From: an uncultured Nitrospinaceae bacterium
GTDB lineage: Bacteria; UBA8248
Reading direction: 5' to 3'
Length of the DNA stretch: 64,000 nt
Assembly (NCBI GenBank): GCA_964005815.1
Contig: CAXFSR010000017.1
Span: forward strand, 192,001-256,000
Within the stretch, counting starts at the first letter, position 1, and the number at the start of each line of letters is the position of its first letter. Position numbers and translations under genes: made by a program. Shown here piece after piece: positions 51,664 through 61,657 of the stretch. The notes beneath the pieces are model-generated. The model saw nothing but the letters and a program-made list of their open reading frames with translations. It had not been told where the DNA came from and did not search any database.

Positions 51664-52419
51664 TTAAACCTTCTTTGACAGTAGTTGTTCTTCAGTTAGA
51701 CCAAATTTACGAATACGTTTTTGGAAAGCAAGAATAGCTTTTTGAAATTCTAAATCACTAAAATCAGGCCAACTCAAATCGGTGAAAAACAGCTCTGCAT
51801 ATGCAACTTGCCAAAGCATATAATTAGACAACCTCAGATCACCCCCAGTTCTTATAAGAAGATCTAATTCCGGCAGATCAGCTGTATATAAGTGCTCCTG
51901 AATGGTAGACTCGTCTATCTCACTAACAGATATCTCACCAACACTAACCTTCCTTGCAATTGACTTTGCAGCGTTAGTAATTTCCATCCTTCCGCTATAA
52001 CTCAGCGCAAGAGTAAGAACCATTTCATTACGATCGGCTGTCTCTTCAATAGAACGTAAAATGATTTTTTGCACAAAATCAGGCAAATCTTCAATTCGTC
52101 CTATACAGTTAAAACGAATACCTTCAGCCAACATACGATTTAATTCTTTTTCGAGAAATTCTGACAATATATCCATCAAAGAATCGATTTCTCTTCTAGG
52201 TCGACTCCAGTTTTCAGAAGAAAAGCTATATAGCGTTAAAGCGGAAATTCCGATTTTTCGGGCAAATTCTACTGCAGACTGAACTGCCTTCACTCCCGCC
52301 CTATGACCCGAAATCCTTGGCAATGATCTACGTCTAGCCCAACGACCATTTCCATCCATGATAATACCAACATGTTTTGGTAAACGTCTTAAATCTATAT
52401 CTTTAATGTCAGATTCCAT
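51664..52419 (-). CDS. uppS: Undecaprenyl diphosphate synthase
   Basis: IMDGNGRWA, FSSENWSRP, LLIRTGG..RLSNY. Confidence 0.97.
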   Translation of the reverse strand: MESDIKDIDLRRLPKHVGIIMDGNGRWARRRSLPRISGHRAGVKAVQSAVEFARKIGISALTLYSFSSENWSRPRREIDSLMDILSEFLEKELNRMLAEGIRFNCIGRIEDLPDFVQKIILRSIEETADRNEMVLTLALSYSGRMEITNAAKSIARKVSVGEISVSEIDESTIQEHLYTADLPELDLLIRTGGDLRLSNYMLWQVAYAELFFTDLSWPDFSDLEFQKAILAFQKRIRKFGLTEEQLLSKKV

Positions 52420-52438
52420 AAAAAATACTCAAAAAGAA

Positions 52439-52993
52439 TTAAATCTCTAAAATTTCTTTTTCTTTAATCGAAATAATTTCTTCAATCTGAGAGACATAGT
52501 CATCTGTTATTTTCTGAATATCATCTTGACCTTTGCGTGAATCGTCTTCAGTAATTTCTTTTTTCTTCTCTGCATTTTTTAGATTTTCATTTCCATCGCG
52601 ACGAACATTACGTAATCCAACTTTATGATCTTCTCCTGATTTTTTAACAAGTTTCACTATCTCTTTGCGTCTATCCTCGGTTAACGATGGAATAGGAACT
52701 CTCACAATTTTCCCATCATTAATTGGATTAAATCCAAAATCAGAAAGCCTGATGGCCTTTTCTATTTCGCCTATTGAATTAGGATCAAATGGTTGGACAA
52801 CTATCAGCTGCGGTTCGGGAACGCTTAAATTTGCAATTTGATTCAAATCTGTCGGAGTTCCATAATATTCCACTTTTATATGACTCACGAGTGAAGTATT
52901 TGCCCGCCCCGTCCTGACACGAGACAATTCTTTTTTCAGAGAATCGATAGTTGCTTTCATCCCTTTTTTTACTTCATTAATTATATCGTTCAT
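52439..52993 (-). CDS. frr: Ribosome recycling factor
   Basis: RTGRAN, YYGTPT, LTEDRRKE, RNVRRD. Confidence 0.97.
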   Translation of the reverse strand: MNDIINEVKKGMKATIDSLKKELSRVRTGRANTSLVSHIKVEYYGTPTDLNQIANLSVPEPQLIVVQPFDPNSIGEIEKAIRLSDFGFNPINDGKIVRVPIPSLTEDRRKEIVKLVKKSGEDHKVGLRNVRRDGNENLKNAEKKKEITEDDSRKGQDDIQKITDDYVSQIEEIISIKEKEILEI

Positions 52994-53022
52994 AGTTAAG
53001 ACCTCCCCTGAAAGGCAATGTC

Positions 53023-53748
53023 CTACTTGGATGCGACAACTGTACCTACGTTCTCTCCATTTACCACTCTACAAATATTACCTTTCTTCAAAAGATTAAA
53101 AACAATAATTGGCAAATCATTATCCATGCAAAGACTCACCGCAGTAGTGTCCATTACTCCAAGTTGTCTATTTAGGACATCTATATATGAGAGTCTAGGA
53201 ATGAATTCAGCATCTGAATTTATGTTTGGATCAGAAGAAAAGACCCCATCTACATTCGTAGCCTTTAGGATACAATCTGCTTTAATTTCACTTGCTCTTA
53301 AACTTGCAGTTGTATCTGTCGTAAAATAAGGATTGCCAGTTCCACCCGCAAAAATAACAACTCTATTTTTTTCTAGATGACGAACTGCTCTTCTAAGTAT
53401 ATATGGTTCACAAAGTTCCATCATATGAATCGCACTTTGAACACGTGTTTCAAGATTAACTTTTTCAAGCGCATGTTGGAGTGCAAGAGCATTTATAACT
53501 GTCGCAAGCATACCCATATAATCAGCATTCGTCCGTTCCATCCCGGATTCTGCTGCAGCTGCTCCTCTGAAAATATTTCCTCCACCTACAACAATCGCAA
53601 CTTCAACTCCCATTTCATGAACATCTGAAATTTCCTTTGCTATTTCATCAACTAATTGGTGATCAATCGAATATTGACTTTCACCTCCCAGAGCTTCTCC
53701 GGAGAGTTTTAACAATACTCGTCTAAAACGCAGGTCTGATGAACTCAA
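53023..53748 (-). CDS. pyrH: UMP kinase
   Basis: [30 protein letters not shown]. Confidence 0.98.
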   Translation of the reverse strand: MSSSDLRFRRVLLKLSGEALGGESQYSIDHQLVDEIAKEISDVHEMGVEVAIVVGGGNIFRGAAAAESGMERTNADYMGMLATVINALALQHALEKVNLETRVQSAIHMMELCEPYILRRAVRHLEKNRVVIFAGGTGNPYFTTDTTASLRASEIKADCILKATNVDGVFSSDPNINSDAEFIPRLSYIDVLNRQLGVMDTTAVSLCMDNDLPIIVFNLLKKGNICRVVNGENVGTVVASK

Positions 53749-53797
53749 AAGGATACCTCGACAAACTTGAAATGATTAAAAAGCTCAAAAACTTTTT

Positions 53798-54685
53798 CTA
53801 AGTATTAGAATTGTCAATTTGAGAGTCACCTAGGATATAACACCTAAAACTTGACAACGAAATCTTCTCTTTTAAGGCTTCACTCTTATTACTAATAAAT
53901 GTATCTATATCTATATCAGTATCCTTAACAAAAGGCTGATCAAGAAGACATATTTCTTTTTTAAATTTTTTAATTCTACCTTCTACTATTTTTTCTAAAA
54001 TTTCTTGAGGTTTGTCTTCCTCTGCTAATTGTGCAAATAAAATTTCTTTCTCTGCACTAATAATACTATCAGGAATATCCTCTTGTGATAGATAATTTGG
54101 ATTTGTTGCAGCAATATGCATACAAAGATCATGAGCTATTTCTTTAAATTCATCTGAATCTTTTACATCCACTGATTCACAACACAACTCCAAAAGAACT
54201 CCAATCTTTGCTCCTGGATGTATATAAGATGCCAAAAGACCTACTTTCTCATCTCCTAACGATAATTTGTCTGCGCGACCAAACTGTATATTCTCTCCTA
54301 GCTTAGCTATAGCCGCTTTAACAACCTCTTCAAGGAAATCATCTGCCTCAGTAATAGTTATAGAAGAACCCTCTGTTTCAACTACATGTTTTGAAATTGT
54401 ATCCAAAACAGACTGAAATTCCTCTGTCCTAGCGACAAAATCAGTCTCACAATTTACTTCAATAATTGCACCTGTTGTACCAGTTGCATTAATGCATGCA
54501 TATATTTGTCCGTCACTAACTTCCCTACCTGCTTTCTTCGCAGCATTCGAAAGACCTTTTTCACGTAGGAACTTTATAGCTTCATCAAGAACACCATCCT
54601 TTTCTTTTAATGCTTCCTTACAATCCATAATACCTGCGCCTGTTCTTGAACGTAACTCCTTAACCATTTGTGCATTAACTTCCAT
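53798..54685 (-). CDS. tsf: Elongation factor Ts
   Basis: VKELRSRTGAGIMDCK, NCETDFVA, MHIAA. Confidence 0.97.
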   Translation of the reverse strand: MEVNAQMVKELRSRTGAGIMDCKEALKEKDGVLDEAIKFLREKGLSNAAKKAGREVSDGQIYACINATGTTGAIIEVNCETDFVARTEEFQSVLDTISKHVVETEGSSITITEADDFLEEVVKAAIAKLGENIQFGRADKLSLGDEKVGLLASYIHPGAKIGVLLELCCESVDVKDSDEFKEIAHDLCMHIAATNPNYLSQEDIPDSIISAEKEILFAQLAEEDKPQEILEKIVEGRIKKFKKEICLLDQPFVKDTDIDIDTFISNKSEALKEKISLSSFRCYILGDSQIDNSNT

Positions 54686-54739
54686 TTTTTTGAATTCTCC
54701 CACAATCTATTTAAATAGAAATTAAAAGGAATTTAAAAC

Positions 54740-55567
54740 CTAATTATCCTTAGGATCATCTTTTTTCTCTTCATCCTCAGCTTCAGGTTTTATATCATCT
54801 TTGAAAGATTCTGCAAGGATTTCTGCCGCAACAGTATCTCCTGTTTTCATTACGGCTTCTATCTCCTCAGTGCCGGCATCTGCTCTAATATTTATTCCCT
54901 CTTCAACAGCTTCAGCCGATTTAGAAACAAAAAAACGAATTGACCTTAAAGCATCATCATTACCAGGAAGCAAATGATCAATACCTCTTGGATCTGCATC
55001 TGTATCAACTATACCAATAACAGGAATTCCTAATTTCCTAGCTTCACGAACTGCGTTATATTCATATCCTGCATCTACAACAAACATAGCTTGAGGAAAT
55101 TCTTTCATATCTTTAATTCCACCCAAAAATTTTTCTAATCTCAATCGTTCTTTTTCTCTCCTTGAACCTTCTTTTTTGGCTAACAAATCAAATGTCCCAT
55201 CTTCTTTCATTGTTTCCAAATCAACGAGACGAGCAATTGAATTCTTAACTGTAGAAAAGTTTGTTAAAGTTCCGCCAAGCCAACGTTGCGTAACATAGGG
55301 CATACCAATTTTCTTTGCTTCCTCTGCAACTATTTCTTGAGCTTGTGGTTTAGTACCAACGAAAAGAATCTTGCCACCTTCCGAAGCAATTTGTCTAAGG
55401 TAGTCTCTTGCAGTATTAAAAAGACCCAATGTTTTTTGGAGATCAATGATATAAATCCCATTTCTAGCACCAAAAATATAAGGTTGCATAAGAGGATTCC
55501 AACGCGTAGTCTGATGGCCAAAATGTGCACCGGACTCAAGTAATTCACGTAAAGACAATTGATCCAA
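54740..55567 (-). CDS. rpsB: 30S ribosomal protein S2
   Basis: [28 protein letters not shown]. Confidence 0.98.
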   Translation of the reverse strand: MDQLSLRELLESGAHFGHQTTRWNPLMQPYIFGARNGIYIIDLQKTLGLFNTARDYLRQIASEGGKILFVGTKPQAQEIVAEEAKKIGMPYVTQRWLGGTLTNFSTVKNSIARLVDLETMKEDGTFDLLAKKEGSRREKERLRLEKFLGGIKDMKEFPQAMFVVDAGYEYNAVREARKLGIPVIGIVDTDADPRGIDHLLPGNDDALRSIRFFVSKSAEAVEEGINIRADAGTEEIEAVMKTGDTVAAEILAESFKDDIKPEAEDEEKKDDPKDN

Positions 55568-55582
55568 AAAACTCCCTCCTTA

Positions 55583-55644
55583 CTTCAACACCGTGTATAG
55601 CGTGAAGCGACATAATGTCTTTTAGCGGAAAAGACATTGTATGT
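55583..55644 (-). promoter_or_regulatory. Structured rpsB 5' leader (candidate autoregulatory element)
   Basis: 10-bp hairpin AATGTCTTTT/AAAAGACATT (55614-55638) plus a weaker CTTCA/TGAAG stem next to the SD. Confidence 0.4.
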
Positions 55645-55752
55645 GAACTAGAAAACAGCAAAAAAACCTTTTTTTTAATAATCCGCTTATAAATAGAAAG
55701 AAGAATGTCTCACAAGAAGAATCATGATTCAACTCCTTTTAGAAAAACTAAA

Positions 55753-56958
55753 TCAAGTACGATAATCTGCATTAATGCGAACATAATCCGAACTTAAATC
55801 TGTTGTCCATACAGTAGCTCTTCCCTCACCATCACCTAAATTAATATCTATATTATATTCATCTTCTTTCAATACGTCTAAAAGCGCATTTTCCCAACCG
55901 CCAACTGGACTTCCACCTTCCATTACACTAACATCACCAATTGCAAGACCAAAAATTTCAGGATCAAACTTTACTCCGCTATAACCAGCTGCAGCCAAAA
56001 TCCTCCCCCAATTAGGCAATTCACCATTTATAGCAGTTTTAACTAACAAACTTTCAGAAACTGATCTTGCAACTGAATCTGCATCAGAATTGTTATTTGC
56101 TCCTGAAACGTTTATAGATACCACTTTACTAACTCCTTCTCCGTCTCTTAGGATTGAAAGTGATAGTTGTTTGCAAACTTTATGTAAAGCAAAATGAAAG
56201 AGTGAGATTGAGTCTTTACTATCTATCTCAATAGAGGAACCTGTAGACGCTATTATCACTGAATCGTTTGTTGATGTGTCACCATCAATAGTAATCGCGT
56301 TAAAAGTTCGATTTACACAATCTACCAAAATCTGATCCATTATATCTTTTGAAATGTTTGCGTCTGTAGTCAGAAAAGCAAGCATCGTAGCCATATTAGG
56401 AGCAATCATTCCAGCCCCTTTAGCCATTCCGCCAATTCGCACTTTCCCTTCAGGAAAATCCACCTCTACTGCATATTCCTTCGGACATGTATCAGTAGTC
56501 ATAATAGCTTCTGAAGCAGGACCACCATTATTACTAGATAGACCTGAAACTAAATGCTCTAAAGCAGACAACATTTTTGACATTGGTAATTGTACGCCAA
56601 TAATACCTGTAGAACACATAGCAATATTTTCTGAATTACAGTCTATTAAATCGGCTAAAGATGAACATAACAATCGAGCATCTTTCTCTCCTTTTTCTCC
56701 TGTACAAGCGTTTGCGTTTCCACTATTAACCAGAATCCCACGCAACTTATTCTTTTGCACTACTTCTCGACAAATTACAACTGGAGCCGCACAGACTAAG
56801 TTTTTAGTAAAAACTCCAGATGAATTCGTTCCAACTGGAAATTTAAGGAAAGCCATATCCGGACGTCCTGACTCCTTTATTCCAGCAGTTAAAGACGAGG
56901 CTAGCACATCATGAGGAGCACAAACGCCTCCCTGTATTTTCTTTATTAAATTATCCAT
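55753..56958 (-). CDS. argJ: Glutamate N-acetyltransferase / ornithine acetyltransferase
   Basis: NSGNANACTG, STGIIG, KGAGMIAPNMATML, DGDTSTND. Confidence 0.97.
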   Translation of the reverse strand: MDNLIKKIQGGVCAPHDVLASSLTAGIKESGRPDMAFLKFPVGTNSSGVFTKNLVCAAPVVICREVVQKNKLRGILVNSGNANACTGEKGEKDARLLCSSLADLIDCNSENIAMCSTGIIGVQLPMSKMLSALEHLVSGLSSNNGGPASEAIMTTDTCPKEYAVEVDFPEGKVRIGGMAKGAGMIAPNMATMLAFLTTDANISKDIMDQILVDCVNRTFNAITIDGDTSTNDSVIIASTGSSIEIDSKDSISLFHFALHKVCKQLSLSILRDGEGVSKVVSINVSGANNNSDADSVARSVSESLLVKTAINGELPNWGRILAAAGYSGVKFDPEIFGLAIGDVSVMEGGSPVGGWENALLDVLKEDEYNIDINLGDGEGRATVWTTDLSSDYVRINADYRT

Positions 56959-56960
56959 TA

Positions 56961-57998
56961 TCAAATCCAAAAACCTGCATTGGGCAACCCTTTTGTTTCA
57001 GAAATCTTCAACATAACATTCATATTTTGTACCGCTGCCCCCGAAGCTCCTTTCACCAGATTATCTATTACTGTAACCATTATGTATCTATTAGTTCTTT
57101 TATCAAAATTAACTTTTATATCGACAAAATTTGTTCCAATTACTTGACTTATATCAAGATTTTCTTGATTTTCAAAAATTCTGACAAAACTTTCTTCAGC
57201 ATAAAATTCACTAAGTGTTTCATTTATTAATGGGAGTTCTACTTTTTTTGAAGCTTCAAAATAAATCGTAGAAAAAATCCCTCGCGTAACTGGAATTAAA
57301 TGTGGAGTGAAGGTTATTTTCACATCATTGCCAAATGCATTAGATAATTCTTGCTCTATCTCTGGAGTATGTCTGTGATTTGCAATACTGTAAGCCTTGA
57401 ATCCTTGTTCAATTTCACTAAATTGGAATTGAAGGCTCTCTTTTCTTCCAGCACCAGAAACTCCAGATTTTGAATCAATTACTATAGAAGAAGGATTTAT
57501 TAATCCCTCTTTTGCTAACGGAACAAGACCTAAAATGGCTCCTGTAGGATAACATCCAGGATTTGCAACCAACTGACTCTCTTGTATCTCTTTCCTATAC
57601 AATTCTGGCATCCCATAAACTGCTTTTTCTATTAACTGAGGGCTCGTATGTTCAATTTCATACCATGATTGATAAATCATTTGATCTTTCAATCTATAGT
57701 CAGCAGAGAAATCGACAACTCTATTTCCTTGATCAAGTAAAGACGGAACTATATTCATCGATACCTTGTGAGGGAGACAACAAAAAACCAAATCAAGATC
57801 TTTGCAATTTTCCACAATGAATTTGTCAAATTTCAATGAAGAATACTTTTCTAGAGAAGGAAAAACTTCACACACATTCTTTCCAGAATACTTCTCAGAA
57901 GTAGCTATAACTAGTTCCACCGAGTCATGGATTGACAGCAGACGCAATAATTCAAATCCTGTATATCCCGTTGCGCCTACTACCCCTATTTTTTGCAT
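56961..57998 (-). CDS. argC: N-acetyl-gamma-glutamyl-phosphate reductase
   Basis: GATGYTG, NPGCYPT, SGVSGAGR, HRHTPEI, DNLVKGASG. Confidence 0.97.
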   Translation of the reverse strand: MQKIGVVGATGYTGFELLRLLSIHDSVELVIATSEKYSGKNVCEVFPSLEKYSSLKFDKFIVENCKDLDLVFCCLPHKVSMNIVPSLLDQGNRVVDFSADYRLKDQMIYQSWYEIEHTSPQLIEKAVYGMPELYRKEIQESQLVANPGCYPTGAILGLVPLAKEGLINPSSIVIDSKSGVSGAGRKESLQFQFSEIEQGFKAYSIANHRHTPEIEQELSNAFGNDVKITFTPHLIPVTRGIFSTIYFEASKKVELPLINETLSEFYAEESFVRIFENQENLDISQVIGTNFVDIKVNFDKRTNRYIMVTVIDNLVKGASGAAVQNMNVMLKISETKGLPNAGFWI

Positions 57999-58092
57999 CT
58001 AATTACCCTTTTCAAATAAATTAAAACATCTAAAAAGTTTGGACTACTGACATTTAGATCATAATTCTATCATGTCAGAAATAAAAACAAAC

Positions 58093-58120
58093 AAAAAAAG
58101 GGATGCATGAAATGCACCCC
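58093..58120 (-). terminator. Rho-independent terminator after rpsI
   Basis: Minus strand GGGGTGCAT-TTC-ATGCATCCC followed by T7. Confidence 0.75.
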
Positions 58121-58144
58121 AAAGATCAAGTTTTATTGAAATAT

Positions 58145-58543
58145 TTAACGCTTAGAAAACTGAAAACTCTTTCGGGCACCTTTTCTACCATATTTTTTAC
58201 GTTCTTTCACTCTAGAATCTCTTGTAAGAAGACCGGCTTTCTTCAAAACTGAACGGAAATTTTGATCTACCTCCAGCAAAGCCTTTGAAATCCCATGACG
58301 TACAGCACCAGCTTGTCCAGTCAATCCACCACCTTTAACAGTAGCCCTAACATCATAGGAACCCCAGGTTTCTGTTAATTCAAAAGGTTGCTTAATAACC
58401 ATAAGAGAAGTATCCCTAAGAAAATATTCATCAAAAGGCTTATCGTTCACCAAAATTCGTCCGTTTCCGGCTCCTATCCACACTCGAGCTACGGAAGACT
58501 TTCTTTTTCCAGTCGCATAAAATGATTCTGATGCATTATTCAT
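58145..58543 (-). CDS. rpsI: 30S ribosomal protein S9
   Basis: [25 protein letters not shown]...QFSKR. Confidence 0.98.
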   Translation of the reverse strand: MNNASESFYATGKRKSSVARVWIGAGNGRILVNDKPFDEYFLRDTSLMVIKQPFELTETWGSYDVRATVKGGGLTGQAGAVRHGISKALLEVDQNFRSVLKKAGLLTRDSRVKERKKYGRKGARKSFQFSKR

Positions 58544-58561
58544 TTATAATCCTCAAAACAC

Positions 58562-59011
58562 TTATCGGTCAGTTAGAATCTCTGGTTGCTGAGCTGTGTG
58601 CGGATGCTCATCACCCTCGTAAATTTTCATTTTACTTAACATCTTTCTTCCCAACTTAGACTTAGGAAGCATAAGCCTTACAGCAGATTGAATAACACGA
58701 TTTGGATGTGTCTCTAACACTTCTTTAGCAGTAAACTCTTTTAAACTTCCTGGATATCCAGAATGTCTATAATACTTTTTCTGCTCAATTTTATTTCCAG
58801 TAAGAGACACTTTTTTTGAATTTATAACCACTACATAGTCACCAGAATCTACATGAGGAGTCCACGCAGAACGATGTTTACCTTGCAGAATATAAGCAAT
58901 CTTAGAAGCAAGACGGCCCAAAGGCTGATCAGTCGCATCTAGCAATACCCATTTCCTCAAAAGAGGAGCCGCCTCTTTAGTTAACATTGATGTGCTCTGG
59001 TACATTCTCAA
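58562..59011 (-). CDS. rplM: 50S ribosomal protein L13
   Basis: LGRLAS, TPHVDSGD, HSGYPG, HPHTAQQP. Confidence 0.98.
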   Translation of the reverse strand: MRMYQSTSMLTKEAAPLLRKWVLLDATDQPLGRLASKIAYILQGKHRSAWTPHVDSGDYVVVINSKKVSLTGNKIEQKKYYRHSGYPGSLKEFTAKEVLETHPNRVIQSAVRLMLPKSKLGRKMLSKMKIYEGDEHPHTAQQPEILTDR

Positions 59012-59132
59012 GACAAGATCCCTTAAAAAATTGTTAACATAAAAACAAAAAAGTAACTAAACCTTTAAAGAGCCTATCATGTCAACTAGAAAAGTCAAAA
59101 AAATTCAATCAATAAACTTCATTTTTCGGTTT

Positions 59133-59771
59133 TTAACCATTAATTAAACGAACTTGTGGGACCTCTTCTTTAAAATCAATAATATTTAAACATGCATTAT
59201 TCTGGGATATAAAGAAAAAATTTGATATTGGAATTCCAAGAATAGAGCATAAAATTACTCGATTTACTGCTAAATGTGCAACTACAACTACGGTATATCC
59301 GCCTGCAGAAGATAAGATATTTGAAAGTGAAGGACACACGCGATTCCACAAATCACTCAAAGACTCCCCACCAGGTGGATTTGATGTAACTATATTTCGA
59401 CAATGCTCAGTAAAAAGTTGAGGACATTTTTCCATTAATGAAGATGAGGTTTCTCCTTCCCATTCACCAAAATCTAACTCGGAAAATTCATTTACAATTT
59501 CAGAGGATAAGATTTTACTCCTTAACTTCAGGGATTCAATTAAAATTTGCAATGTAGAAGTTGCACGACATAATGGACTCGAATAGAACTTTACTGATGG
59601 AAATTCTTCTAACCAAGGAGAAATTTTCGATGAAATTTGTATTGTTTGTTCTTTGCCATCAGTTAATAATGGAGTATCAGTTTTTCCAAAAAATCTACCT
59701 TCTAAACTGCCTTCAGAAATCCCATGTCTAATTAGGATTAATCTATGAGTAGAATTTCCATAAATAGACAT
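59133..59771 (-). CDS. Histidine phosphatase family protein (CobC/GpmB-like)
   Basis: RHG, SSPLCRA, ELDFGEWEG, PGGES, VAH. Confidence 0.88.
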   Translation of the reverse strand: MSIYGNSTHRLILIRHGISEGSLEGRFFGKTDTPLLTDGKEQTIQISSKISPWLEEFPSVKFYSSPLCRATSTLQILIESLKLRSKILSSEIVNEFSELDFGEWEGETSSSLMEKCPQLFTEHCRNIVTSNPPGGESLSDLWNRVCPSLSNILSSAGGYTVVVVAHLAVNRVILCSILGIPISNFFFISQNNACLNIIDFKEEVPQVRLING

Positions 59772-59787
59772 TTAGAAACAAACCCTT

Positions 59788-60192
59788 CTATTTAACAGCA
59801 ACAGCAATGTCTTTTATCCCGAGGTTAAAAACTTTCCCGAGAACTTTAATAACAAAACCATAATCAATCCGCTTATCCGCTTTTATAGTCACTGTTGTAG
59901 ATTTGATTTTTTCTTTTACTAGCAAACGAATCAAAGACTCCATAGACTCTAATTTTACCAGTTTCCCATTTAAATGAATTTTCTTTGCTAGACCAATTTC
60001 AATCAAAATTGTTTTTTTCTCAAAAACTTCATTGCTTTTCTTTGCCTCAGGCAACTGGATATCAAGACGTCTTGTGAAATCGACAAAAGTTGTCGATACC
60101 ATAAAAAAAATCAATAACAAAAAAACTACATCTATTAAAGAGGTTAACTGCAAACTATAATCTTCTTCCTCTTTAAGATGATTAAAACGCAT
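59788..60192 (-). CDS. ExbD/TolR family protein
   Basis: LTSLIDVVFLLLIFFMV, IKAD. Confidence 0.9.
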   Translation of the reverse strand: MRFNHLKEEEDYSLQLTSLIDVVFLLLIFFMVSTTFVDFTRRLDIQLPEAKKSNEVFEKKTILIEIGLAKKIHLNGKLVKLESMESLIRLLVKEKIKSTTVTIKADKRIDYGFVIKVLGKVFNLGIKDIAVAVK

Positions 60193-60210
60193 ACACTCTT
60201 CCTTCTTAAA

Positions 60211-60960
60211 CTATTTCGCTAATTTGTCTGCCAAAGAATTAATAAGGTTAACTGATATACTCTCCAACTCAAAAACAATTTTATCTATCCGTGACCGAAA
60301 GAAATGGTAAAGAGCCAAAGAAGGAATTCCAACTATTAATCCTGCAGCTGTAGTTAAAAGTGCTTGCGAAATCCCTTCAGCAACTAATCCTGGATTACCG
60401 GTTCCTGCCTTGCTAATTACATCAAAAGCACGAATCATTCCTATTACTGTTCCAAAAAGACCTAACATTGGTGCTAAATTTGCGATTACACCCAATCCTC
60501 TTAAATTGCGAGATAGGATGCTCGATTCTTGCTGTCCACATCCAATCATTGCTTTTTCCATTTCGCCTAATCCTAGTGTCTTCCTAGAGAATCCCGCAGT
60601 AATTATACGAGTAAGTGGCACATCATATTTTTTACATATAGAATTAATATCCGCAAAATCAGACGAAAGACTCAAAGAATTAATCTCTTGCATCATAAGA
60701 CGAGGAAAAATTTTACTTCTGCGTAAAGATAAGAATCTTTCTAATACAAGAGCAAGAGCGATTACTGAACAAAGAAAAATCGGAATCATTACATAGCCGC
60801 CCTTTTTGAATAAGAACAAAAAGCTAGCAGGAAATTCAACAAATCCAGAAACATCCTCAGCAAAAACGTCATCGACTAAAAAAACGAAAATTAAAATAAA
60901 AAATAAAAAATATTTTTTGATGGGAACGTAAAAAAAAGTATTATCCAACTCATTCTCCAA
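60211..60960 (-). CDS. MotA/TolQ/ExbB proton channel protein
   Basis: APMLGLFGTVIGMI, GISQALLTTAAGL. Confidence 0.92.
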   Translation of the reverse strand: MENELDNTFFYVPIKKYFLFFILIFVFLVDDVFAEDVSGFVEFPASFLFLFKKGGYVMIPIFLCSVIALALVLERFLSLRRSKIFPRLMMQEINSLSLSSDFADINSICKKYDVPLTRIITAGFSRKTLGLGEMEKAMIGCGQQESSILSRNLRGLGVIANLAPMLGLFGTVIGMIRAFDVISKAGTGNPGLVAEGISQALLTTAAGLIVGIPSLALYHFFRSRIDKIVFELESISVNLINSLADKLAK

Positions 60961-60963
60961 ATT

Positions 60964-61644
60964 TTAGTTAAGCAAAATTTCATCTAAAGCATCACGTTCG
61001 CAATACATTACTTTATTTCCAAAAACCTCTTCACAAATGGGAATAATATCAGAAATTAATTTATCAATTGAAGGAACATTAAGTTTCAAAGACTCTAACG
61101 ATCCAATTTTCTCGCTTACAAATCCACACGGATTAATCATCTTAAAAAATGCCAAATCAGGACAAACATTAAATGAAACCCCATGCATGGTTATCCATCT
61201 TCGAACACCGATTCCCAAAGACAAAATCTTGAATTCATCTTTCCAAAGCCCGGGATTTTTATCTCTCCTAGTAACATGAATACCAATTTTACAAGAATAT
61301 CTAACAAAAATCTCCTCCAATTTCCTACAATGTGCATGAACATCTTTCGAATAATTTCTTAGATCAAAAATCGCATAAACCATAAGTTGACCTGGACCAT
61401 GATATGTTACTTCACCTCCTCGATTTATTCTCAGAAGAGGTACTATATCTCCATTTAAAGGAGAGACCCTAGACAGAACATTGTCTTCATTGCCACCAAT
61501 CCCCAAAGTAAAGACTGGGTCATGTTCTAAAAACAAAAGAACATCATTACCCAACTCACCCGACGAACGTTTTTTCCATAATTCTTTTTGCATATTCCAA
61601 GAATTTGAAAACTCTTGTCTCCCTAAATAAAATGCTTTTATCAC
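60964..61644 (-). CDS. lipB: Lipoyl(octanoyl) transferase
   Basis: LEHDPVFTLG, RGGEVTYHGPGQ, ITMHG, INPCG; start uncertain (GTG 61644 chosen to avoid long overlap with dnaE). Confidence 0.92.
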   Translation of the reverse strand: MIKAFYLGRQEFSNSWNMQKELWKKRSSGELGNDVLLFLEHDPVFTLGIGGNEDNVLSRVSPLNGDIVPLLRINRGGEVTYHGPGQLMVYAIFDLRNYSKDVHAHCRKLEEIFVRYSCKIGIHVTRRDKNPGLWKDEFKILSLGIGVRRWITMHGVSFNVCPDLAFFKMINPCGFVSEKIGSLESLKLNVPSIDKLISDIIPICEEVFGNKVMYCERDALDEILLN

Positions 61645-61657
61645 TAAGGTCTCAGCA

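Noticed and set aside
11799..55755. Other TGA-terminated genes (HU/IHF, rnhB, SPOUT, PASTA, cdsA, argJ) as selenocysteine readthrough candidates
   Set aside because: The proteins look complete at TGA, with no Cys/redox context or meaningful extension.
56354..56914. 186-aa ORF antisense to argJ
   Set aside because: Mirror-frame shadow of a conserved gene; no recognisable motif.
60410..60796. 128-aa ORF antisense to exbB, and the other 60-116 aa nested or antisense ORFs in the track
   Set aside because: All lie within well-supported genes and show no family motifs.
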